Source: Klebsormidium nitens
Taxonomy: Eukaryota; Plantae; Klebsormidiophyceae
Direction of reading: 5' to 3'
Assembly (NCBI GenBank): GCA_000708835.1
Contig: DF237303.1
Location: forward strand, 31,051-95,050
Length of the DNA: 64,000 nucleotides
Shown: positions 47,149 through 64,000 of the stretch, in pieces
How positions within the stretch are numbered: position 1 is the stretch's first letter
How the letters are laid out: each line of letters begins with the position of its first letter
Program-made: the position numbers and the translations under genes
The notes under the pieces: generated by a model
Databases searched by the model: none
Told to the model about the DNA's origin: nothing
What the model saw: only the letters and a program-made list of their open reading frames with translations

Positions 47149-48020
47149 TTGTACAGGCTACACTGACAACGGAGTATAAGATTTTGATTAGCTGTGCACA
47201 GCAAGCCAATGCCAATGGTGAGAGCTACAATGACAATGTAGGCTACATTTATTAGTACATTGTAGGAACAGTCGCCTCGCAAGTTGCCCAATGCGAAGAA
47301 GAACCCTCCGAGGAGCCCTCTGTTCGAGGCTCCTTCACAAACCATTGGCATCAGTCGACATCAAGAGCTACATCAAGAGCTGAGATTGGCACCTTCGCAG
47401 TCGCCACGCATGCACGCAGCTGCGCGCCTGATCGATGAGTTGCAAAGTTTCGACTTCGTAGGGGGCGCTTGCAGATATTTGCAGCCGGCCGGAATGTGAA
47501 ACGGTCGCGATACGTACACGCCCGATCTCAATTTTCTTTCGGGGGGGTCCTCACCAGGTTACCGGTAGATGTCCTAGAGTGCTGTATATAGCTGTACTCG
47601 GCGGCCCACGTGGTGGACGTGGGCGTGCTCGCTCAGTGCTGTCGACACTGAACGCTCAGTGCATGAATGTGATTGCCGCCTATGATACTACTGATAGGAA
47701 ACTTCAATCTTCGAAGGCAAGAAAGAAGCCGACATTCGCTGATTGGTAAAGCTTCCTGTGAGTAATGTAATTGAAGAGGGCTCAGCCAATCAGTGTTATT
47801 TGCAACTGTCGTCTATACTCAGCTTGATTGATCCGCCATGCTACTATTCGAGGGCGATCAACGTTGATAATACCTACACCTGCTGATGACGCAAAGTTTC
47901 TAGCCTAGAACACCTTTAACAGACCCTTCTACGAATCATTGTACTTAGTGACGTCCAAGTCTAGTTCGTTGCAGCGCGCACTCATAACGAGACTGGTTGC
48001 CTGTCACAGATCTATGCATA

Positions 48021-51000
48021 TCAAATACATTGGCAGGTCGACGGGTCTTGCAGCCCGAGGTCTTCGACCAGTGTCAAATCGTCCTCCATTGTCGGCGTGA
48101 ACGCCATTATCGACGACGCTTCTATCAAACTATGAGCGGTCCAACACAGCAAATCCTCTTGCTTTAAATCTAGCATGGCCGTCAGCTGGGCTTCCCGCGC
48201 TATGCACTTCATGTCTGCGTCTCGCCGCTTCGCATCCTCTACCACGTCGAACAAGTCTGCCAGCATGTCTTCCGTCATCCGGACGTTGCGCCCGTCTTCT
48301 AAGAGGTACTGCCAATACCTGCACAAGCTTTTGACCATCGTTCATAAGGGTAATCTGTATTCCAACTGAAGATAAGAGGAGATTAGGGTTAGGATAGGAT
48401 AAGATAAGATACGATTTGGATCTGCTCTACACTTCGTTTTCTGACCAGCTTCGAAACCAAAGTAGAGAGGATGCGGCTGACGACCTCATGTGTTCGCACA
48501 CGTTGTTTCTTCCTGCTCTTTCCCGCACTGATGCATAAGCCTAGCCGTCCCTCTTTTGTAGCAAAAATTCCCCTGCAACCAAAGTCTCAATCGAATCCTA
48601 CGAGTGCAAGATATCAGCAGAATTTACAACTAGTGCAAGAAACGAGCAGACTCACATCAAAGTGCAAAATAGCGGTCCAGGACCAAATCTCGTCCTTAGG
48701 TCTCTTGCGAGAATTCAGAACCCCAAAGAGAAAAACATCGCTGAAGGTGCATTGAGTACAACACTTTTGCAAAGGCACTCTTTGCGAATATTATAGAACA
48801 GTAATTGCATCTGACACTGCCCACGAGAAGCGACTCGAAGACACAACAGTCACCTGCTGCTTCATCCAATGGTCAAATCGGGGCGTCTTTGTCGTTACAA
48901 AGTCAGAGGAGAAACACTCTGGAGGGTGCATTCAACAGACATTGAAAGGACAGCTGGATGCCGACCCAGGACTCGCAACGTTCCCGGATTGATGTTGTCA
49001 AAAATTACACACAGCTGGATGATCCGACGGAAAACGAGGCGGGTTTGAAGACGGTTCTGAGCTTACGTGTAGTACGGCGTCCGGCTTTTGATGGTCACCG
49101 CCCCAAACCCAAGGTTAAACGATAACCGCCACGCCGCCGAGTTTCCCGGCAGATCGAGGTTGTACTTGAATTCGTTTTGCCGCGATTCTTGGAAGCGGGT
49201 CTCGAGCAGCCCGCTCTTGACCAGTTTTTCCAGCACCGGGAAGCTGCTGACGTCAGTCCCGGAGTCCTTGTCCGCCGTCACCATGGCGTCTAGTAGATCG
49301 GGTCTGCACGAAGAAATGTTCCGCGTCTAGTTTTCCATCCAAAGGATACCAGGTCTCCCTTTCTAGAGAAAGTCCTGCCACACTTCTGGCAACCAATGAC
49401 CCGGCTTTTCGGTTCTTTTACGATCCTCGGGTTCTTAGTGGACCGTTACCATGGCGTCTAGCAGGTCGGGCCTGCCGAAAATTGTTCCGCGTCTAGTTCT
49501 CCGGCAGAAGACGTTCCCCCCTTCAGGATGGCTTTAGAGAACGTCCTGCGAAGAGTTTCTGAACAGGAAACTCTTTTTGAATTTTTCTTGCCTAAAACTT
49601 CTCGAGCTCTTGTCCGCCGTCATCATGGCGTCTAGGAGATCGGACCTGAAGGGATAATCATCCGCGTCTAGTTTTCTTTTCAAGGTCTCCGTCGTCTCTG
49701 TAGAACGTGTCCTGCGACGGGTTTTTGGCCAGGCACTGTCCCGCTTTTCGATGATGCCTTGCTCAAATCATTCTCGGGTCTTGTCGGACCGTTACACTGG
49801 CGTCTAGCTGGTCGGGGCTGCAAGAGAAAGGTTTTCACTGCCTTGCGAAACGGTCCTCGAGTTCCTGTCGACCGTTTACGATGCCGTTCAACGAACTGGG
49901 CATGCAAGGAGAACGCTTCGCGTCTGGTTCTGTGCAGAAGAACTCCAGCCGCAACCTCTAAATAAAAAGTACCTGCCTTCAGTCAAGGAGAATATCGCTC
50001 TAGTTGCTGGTCTGCACCGCGAGATGTCGAACTCGTGAGCTTGACCGTAGCGACCAGCATCTTAGACCAATCTCCGCAGAAAGAAAGAGACAGGTTTTCG
50101 CTATCTTGTTTTTGGCCGAAACTCTTCCGTCGGCCTTGGTAGTAGCGTCAAGACGGTCGAGCTTGCATGTGATCGTTCTCCCGTCCAACTCGTGCCCGCA
50201 TCTGATTTTCGACGTGATACGTCCAGTCGATTATCAGAATCGATACCCGCTGGAACGTTCGGGGACTCCTATGGGTGTTGCCTCTTGGGACCTCTTGACT
50301 TCAACGCTCGTTTTTGCCGTGGGCTTACGACTGAGTATAGACACGGACTGGGGTCCGAAGCATTCGCCTTTTAAACGTGGCCTTGGTTAAATCAGGTTTA
50401 CACAAGAAGCAGCAAAGGGAGGAGTGGGCGTACCTTTCGCGTGACAATTCTACTGCGTGCAGTCGCGGGTGTAGCCTATGTGCGCCGGTTGCATGTAACA
50501 GGTAATGGTACGGGCCCCCCGTTGGCCGCCCTATGAAATACGCTTTCGCTTTCCGCTCCTCCCATGCAGCCCCCGCGATCGCCGACTTGAGATCTTCCCC
50601 GGAACTTTTCCACGCAGACATGTACGGGTCCGGTAGGAGAAAGTCTGCAGGATAAGTAGAATCAGTAATTGTCAGTATTCAGGTTTGATGGCGAAAAGGA
50701 AGTCTCACGAGACGGCGGGTTAGCGTGGGGTGGGGTGGACAGTGCGTCATATTGCGTTCAAGGTCTTAGTGTCGACTGAATCCTTTGTTCCATCCTTGTT
50801 ACTGACTTATTGGTTCAATGCATCATCAGATGCGGTCAAGGTTTTTTAACACCTCGGTGCGGATCCTTTAGTAACTTCTCCATGGCGCCTTGCGCTGCGG
50901 ATTTGTTAAACATGGAACTTACACCATACCACTTTATAGAATGAACGTCTTGTACGATCATTTCGCAGACGCGTAGGAGTCCGGTAGAAAATAACCGTGC

Positions 51001-53472
51001 AACGCCGTCGTTGAGTCAACGAAGCGCTTCCGTATGTTACTGACTTTACGATGGATTAGGAACCACGTTTGCATAATCCCTGCCCAAGGAATGGGTAGGG
51101 CTGTTTTTCGGTTCGGGCGAATTTGGAGCATGTTAGATTGAATCCAGGTTTTTGGGTTGCGCATGCCCAAGGCACTCTTGCAAATCACCGTGAGCCGAAC
51201 CTAACGCAAAATTGAGACCCGGTCATCAACACTTCATTTCAGATCTTGCAAGCTGCTCCTTACACACGTTCCTGTTTTTTGTGTCATCTCAAACCCTTTA
51301 AACTTGACTGACGATCTTGAAAAGCAACCATTTGTTATTTTGCAAACCCAGCCCCAGAGGAGTCCAGCTTTCGTGAACCAAAACACTGGCGAGGAGATAA
51401 GAGTCGGTAACCAGATTGGCGACCCCCAAGCACCCGCACACTACGGGCAATCACTGATTGCTCGTAGACCAAACAGGGACTCCTGCTGACCTGTTTCACA
51501 CTCCATCAGGCACTACGCAACCAGTGTCGAGGGTTATAAGTGTCGGGGGTCATAAGCGGAAACAAAGTATAACAGCGAGGCCTACACGTGCTGTCAGCAA
51601 AGGCCCGTAGCTGACTAAAACCTTACTTGGCTTCCCTGCTTTGAAGTCGAGAGTTAGCGAGAGGGTTAAGGATAACCTCGACCGAAACCTGTGCCAGCTT
51701 CTGATGAGGTGCTAACCTGGCACGAGTGGCCTATTGGCCGTTGTTCGAAAAGCTGGTTGTGAAGTCGGGTTAGCTGAGAGTTCAGAGCTAAATTCAGGTG
51801 AAGAATACGGGGTTAGGAGAGGGGTTAGAGCTAACCTCGGTTGAAGGCTGTGCCTGCCGGAGAGAATAAGGGGTGCACTGCGTAAGGAGGCAGGAGTGGC
51901 CCGTCGTCCAAGTTCCAGGTAAACCACATGTCAGGAACCTTAACCCTCCGTAGAACACGCTGAATATGCAGGACGATGTCGCTTGCTCTGCCATCGTCCC
52001 TGCAAAAACAACGTGATGTACAGAGACACGTCAGGTTTTACAAATAGCTTCAGGTCCTGAGAGTCTGGTTAGCGAGTCGGTGACACCGTCAAGTCTTTCC
52101 TATTCTGAAGCTTGTCTGTTTCTGAACCCTTTCAACATCGTTCTTATGAACGGGAGGAACTTGGAATGCGCCAAAGCATTTTGAGGAGAAGAGAAGGAAG
52201 ATATGGTCCGGCAAAGATAAACAGGGGAGGAAGAAAAGTGGCGGCCGTAATCACAGCAGGAAGGGGTCAGTCCACCTCTAAGAGCCACAGAGGCAGAGCC
52301 TATGCAGCGAGGCTCCAACAATAGGAAGAGCAACTAAGAAGTGGTTGAACAAACTGGGAGAGAAAAATCAAGTCGCCCTAGTTCGGTCCATGTACGAAAG
52401 AATCTACGGGGCTATTCTTTTCAGCTTCAATTTCAGTGTCTGCTGATCTGTCTTTGTTGACATTGAATTGCCTCGCTAAGGAATAATAGCCACTCCAAGG
52501 GGCTCAAAGCGGATGCAGGCCCCATGCTGATAGGAGGAACAGATACTGTGACCTTCCAAAATGATCTCCACAAGGAACAACACCCTGAGAATAAGGGTAA
52601 TATCAAGCAAGCTGCAGTAAGAAGAGGAACTATCTTTGCAAGGGAGCTTTTCAACATGTTCTCAACTTCACAGCCCTGATGTGTTGAACGACGATGAGAG
52701 GGGCAAAGGGAACCAACCTTGGCGGGGGGCACTTTTGAAAGTGGACCTTCTTGCAGTACAGCTTGTTCGCGACGATTGCAAAGTGGATCGTGATGTTGTT
52801 TCCGTAGAACGGAACCTGCTGAAACAGCTCCCGCGTGATCGACTTCTTTGGACAGCGTGCGATCGACTTCTTAACCACCTGTATTGCCCTTTCAGAACAC
52901 TTGTAGCGTTCTGAGAATTGCGGGAGGCTCTCGGGGCACGAGCACTGATGGGGGTAGAGCTGAAAAGTAGAGATGGGGGAATCGCCATCGCCTATGAAGA
53001 GCTGATGTTCGCCAACGTCTCTTGTCGGGGGAAGTACGTATATCTTCTGATCGACAAGCGGAAGAGTTCCAAGCTCCTGAAGGGGGATCGTATTGCCTTT
53101 GGGGCCTCTCAGGGTGATTTGTGTTGCGGAGGAATGAAGCGCTAGCCACTGGAAGTCAAGGGTGGGGGTCTCGGTTCTCAAATGAACGTAGGGTGGGTAG
53201 CTCGAGTTGCAGTAAGATGGCCAGACTCTTTCCAAAAAGTTTGCTATTTGCGCAGTCGGATCAGGTTGTGGAACTGAGGTTCCACAATCAGACAGCGTTC
53301 TGGCTGTTTCCGAAGGGGTCGGACAGACACTAAACCCCCAGTCACCGCCGTCTATGTACACTCTGTATTGAAACAGCCCGATGCAGGCAAGCGTGACGCA
53401 CAGAAATGCGGCGAGAGTCGCACTCGTTCTATGCTTCAGCCCTGATCTTGGCTGGAAAAGCGATGTAGACAT
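48021..53472 (-). CDS. Glycosyltransferase family 90 (CAP10 domain), KDELC/POGLUT2-like, type II membrane anchor, 554 aa
   Basis: Exons 53472-52718, 51999-51836, 50644-50434, 49303-49067 and 48318-48021, phase-consistent. N-terminal TM (TLAAFLCVTLACIGLF). Motifs: CSCP...C, HFAIVANKLY, RRVKVPDMWFTWNLDDGP...HPLFS...DFLLPD, WEERKAKAYFIGRPTG, PDLLDA, KYNLDLPGNSAAWRL. Confidence 0.88.
49260..49935 (-). repeat. Acceptor-spanning tandem copies before GT90 exon 4, ~175-185 bp period
   Basis: On the plus strand, cttgtc..ccgt..cca(t)ggcgtctag...tcgg..ctg...ccgcgtctagtt at ~49267 (real), ~49434, ~49608, ~49780 and ~49862, increasingly diverged. Confidence 0.88.
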
Positions 53473-54360
53473 TTTGCGCCTCTATCTAGATTACACCCAG
53501 GATTGCCCTCATGTTGCCAACAGTCCCCGCATGAGCCTGCTTTGCCTGAACCTGGTTGACAGGCATCAACCACTCTCCTCCAATAAAGACCGATTGACGA
53601 ACCGCTACCAGGTCTCAATGAGCGCGCTATCTGCTGATGCTACTAGACGAAGGCAGGAGATCTGTACAGGAGAAGTGCTGCATGACGCAACGCTGAATGG
53701 CTCAAAGCGTTCCGTAGGTTTCTCTAGACGGCCAGTCTCTATGAATGCCTGAACCACTTCTCAAGCTTGCAATGATCTCTGTATCGTGTCACCGGCGCAT
53801 TGTTGATGAACAAACGTCGCTCCTTCAGAGCCAGACGCTCAACGTCCCCAATGTCTGCCCCTGATCACGGCTCAAGCACGGATGCGTGCCAAAGGGCGTT
53901 TGCCACTGAAAAGTGTGGGACAGACAGCATAATACTTGCATGCTGATCATGGGGGCGTCTACACTCTTCACACCGCTCAATCAGAATCACATTGGCCCAA
54001 TGCAGAAGTTAGAAGAAAGGGACAGCACTACTAGTACTAGTACAAGGAGTCCAAGGAGTCAAAACGTCCTTGGACGTTCCGCCGGAATCCAACCAGCCTG
54101 CTTTGTTCCGTTCGATAGCGCGCGTTCCGTAGAGGTTGAACAGAGCAAAATTCCGTTGTCGATCCGGTGACTCTCTCCGTTCCGGTGCGCACAGTTCCGT
54201 TCTCGGCCCAGCTGACCGTGCTTCCAGAATCCAAGCCAGATCCCTTTCTTGAAAGTTCTGCATGGCGCCAGCTAGTACAAATTACAAATTCAATCCTGGT
54301 ATTCCAGATTGAAGCTTCTTCAGCAGAAGCCATTCCGCGTTCCTTCTTCCTCAATTTGTC

Positions 54361-61401
<7,041 letters not shown>

Positions 61402-61645
61402 TTACTACCGAGCCCGTCCGTTACGGTCGTGCATCTAGTTGTTACTTGGAACATGGCTGAGCAATTTCGATGACCAGAGATTTGTACTTGCTCGCATTGG
61501 TATGCATCAGTGTAGGGTGCAAGCATCTAAGAGTAGGCGTGCACTTAGGGCAGTCGTGCTCATGAGCTCATGATATCCACGATAGAGTTCCATATCATTC
61601 TCAGGATCCTCTGAATGTAAACGCCGTATAGCCCAGCCACACCAA

Positions 61646-61749
61646 TTGATTCACGTGCGCATCGTGAATTATACAGGTCCGTCATTGGCACACATGTGGA
61701 AACTTCATATCTATGTAGTGGGTTAATTCACGATGCGCACGTGAATCAA
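61646..61749. repeat. Perfect 26-bp inverted repeat with a 52-nt spacer, ~245 bp 3' of the SELO stop
   Basis: TTGATTCACGTGCGCATCGTGAATTA (61646-61671) is the exact reverse complement of 61724-61749. Confidence 0.9.
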
Positions 61750-63192
61750 AGAACGGCTATAGGCCATCATTGTTGAGCCTCGTTGAAGATACTAATTTCA
61801 TGAGTTTAGCTGATTTTGCGATAACTTTACGGATGGCCCAAAACATAATTTGACAAAGATTTACATGTCACATGTGCACGTAACGTCAGTGCATGCCATG
61901 GATGGGGACTTGGGCGCACACAAGAGTCAAAACGAAGGGTATGAAAGTGGCAAGGGGTTCACCCTCCGAGCGGTCGAGCTGGCCAAGCATTTCACAGTCT
62001 TCGAATGCGATCCATGAGGAACAACGCGGTCCAAACACCTGATCCAGAGCATGGACGTCAATTAATGCGTGCCCCACATAGCGTTGTTGAAGTAGCGTGC
62101 AACCCCGCCTCTAACTATGCCCGGTTGCTTGATGGAAAAGTGATCGGGGAGTTTGGGCCGAGATTCGTTTTGAGGATAAGGCTAATCAAAAGTCGACACC
62201 TGTCCGGGGTCGAAACCTGGTGCCAACTAGAAGCATCAATGATTGGTACTTTCAAGAAGTATGATCTGCCCGGTTGATGTGTATATTTTAACCGGGTAGC
62301 CCGGTCGCGCCCTATTCAGCACACTGCCGGCAGATTTTAAGTTGTAGACTCGTCTGCGGTAAGGTATAGTGTCAAAGATCCCGGGCCTCGGCTGAGTTGA
62401 CCCCCGTACCCGGTGGATGGGAAAATTGAGTTAGAAGTTGAACCTATTGAGGTCTGTCTACCCAAGAACCACAGACCGGACCAGATCTACCTACTGTGAG
62501 TGACGTCATGTATAGGTCTACCGTCCGCGTGAAGGTATGTACCAGTAGACTTACACTACTACAAAAGTAGGCCTAGGCTACCTAGGCTACATAAGTAGTA
62601 CCTAGCCAGTGTGCAGTGTTCGAGTTTTTACCAACGGTTTCATACCGCAGACCGCGCGGTACGGCCGGCGGCCCAAATAAGTAGTACCGGGTACGCATCA
62701 TACGGGTACCATGTCAGAACTGTCAGGACCGGCCCCTTTAACTTGATTTTGGAGCCAGACTGTGTCAGATTCCGGTCCAAACTGCGAGCGATTTGCTGTG
62801 GTGGCTTCTACGGCCTCCGAGTTACAGGCGGGGTCGCGGGCTTCTTCAACAACGCTATGTCACTCCCTCACGCTCCGAGCAAGTGCAGTGTCTACAAACT
62901 GTGGGAATGGGCCGATGGCTTGGGGATATACATACGCCGTTGATTAGAGTATGTGTACTGGTGCCAAAGGCCGGGCGCGCCTCTCCAACGGACATCCGAG
63001 ATGTCTTCTTTGACTACAAAACAGAACCTCTACTTATCACCCCCGTCAGACTGCATAAGCAATGTGACCACTGACCGCAACTTACGCTATCCAGGTCTGC
63101 TTTACCTGCTTCATTCGAGGACATGACTCTATCACTCTAGATACTCAAAGCGAGCCACCTAATTGATCACGGACAAGCCAAAATGTTGCCAC

Positions 63193-64000
63193 TTACATCG
63201 CCTTCTGCTTGATATATCTTGCTGGGACGGGGGGCATGTCCACCGGTTGGATCCTCAACGGCTTAATTAGCGAAGCCCACCACCCGCGGCGCTCTTTGGC
63301 ATTCCCACTTGCTGACGTGGCTGCTTGCGTGGCAAGTATCTCCTCCATCTCGCGCTCTAATCTGTCCACCAAAGGGTCCACCAGTCGGGCCACCGCAAGG
63401 TACTCTTTCCGCAACATGTCATCCACAAGTTCTGCCATGAGCTCAGCTTTGCCCTTATCCTCATTGACGTCCACGTCATGTGTTCCGCTAGTCTATCCTC
63501 CTGACTAGTCTCATCAATTTGTACAGTGGCTGGGAGTACGGGGGGCTTATCCAACGGTTGGGAATGTTTGGAAGGTCTGAAACAATTCCACCACCCGTGC
63601 CACTCTTCTGCTTTTCCACTTGCTGACGTGGCTGCCTATGCTGCTTTCGTGGCAAGGAGCTCCTCCATCTCGCGCTCTAGTTTGTCAACGAGAGGATTCA
63701 CCTGTCGGGCCGCCACCGCAAGGTACTGTTTTCGCATCAAGTCATCCACCAGTTCTGCGATGAGCTCAGCTTTGCGATTTTCGGCACTAACGCCTATGTC
63801 ATGCTGTTTCCACATATCCTCCTGACTCTTCTCCTCAATCTGTAGAGCTGGGACAGAGGGCGCGTCAAACGGTTGGAATCTTTGAAAGGTTTCGAGACAA
63901 GTTTACCACTTGGTCCAACTGTCCAACACGTCACGTGCCGCTCGTTTGCTGACGTGGCTGCCCTCAGTCAGCAAGGCACCAATGGCCTGCTGAGTGATTC
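63193..64000 (-). pseudogene. Degenerate tandem repeat of a ~105-codon unit (about 2.5 units visible), continuing past the right edge
   Basis: The anchor ttgctgacgtggctgc recurs near 63309, 63620 and 63946. Units translate to KAELxAELVDDxxRKxYLAVA..PLVDxLEREMEExLAT..AATSASG..GWW...QPxDxP. The middle unit has an in-frame TAG (~63636) and there is a frameshift near 63481. Confidence 0.55.

Noticed and set aside
48383-48415. Telomere-like TTAGGG and (GATAA)n run
   Set aside because: Too short and degenerate; it is ordinary intronic simple sequence.
52433-52732. Apparent third homopolymer frameshift in the GT90 gene (G6 at 52724-52729 leading to EVENMLKSSLAK)
   Set aside because: The phase-2 donor at 52717 splices cleanly to exon 51999-51836, which supplies the conserved VPDMWFTWNLDD motif.
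61402-62000. SECIS element for SELO
   Set aside because: The relevant codon is TGC, so no recoding is needed, and the hairpin is a perfect Watson-Crick stem without the non-canonical GA quartet.

Overview
This is eukaryotic, intron-rich nuclear DNA. Plant-type MTB and SELO genes, a SPARK-domain gene and strongly GC-rich exons suggest a streptophyte alga such as Klebsormidium; that assignment is an inference. I reconstructed seven multi-exon genes by hand with phase-consistent splice sites. (1) A TTC1-like TPR protein (minus, runs off the left edge). (2) The m6A writer subunit MTB/METTL14 (minus). (3) A 672-aa protein joining a PIF1/LRR1-like PH domain, a long ER/K single alpha-helix and an NFKBIL1-like HPDKF domain (plus). 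(4) A secreted 12-Cys SPARK-domain protein (plus). (5) A helical-repeat plus MYND-finger protein (minus). (6) A KDELC/POGLUT2-like GT90 glycosyltransferase (minus). (7) The Cys-type AMPylase SELO (plus). There are also three lower-confidence orphan genes, two TA-flanked MITEs in the MTB/PH-gene divergent interval, a perfect 26-bp hairpin after SELO, and a decaying ~105-codon tandem repeat at the right edge. The most striking unexplained structure is repeated 'splice-junction echoes': at about 15 splice sites in 5 genes, a 90-330 bp segment spanning the exon boundary is tandemly copied 1-7 times into the intron. The copies usually diverge with distance from the true site and often keep an intact AG or GT. 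No CRISPR, rRNA or tRNA is supported. Domain assignments come from motif recognition from memory, not from database searches.
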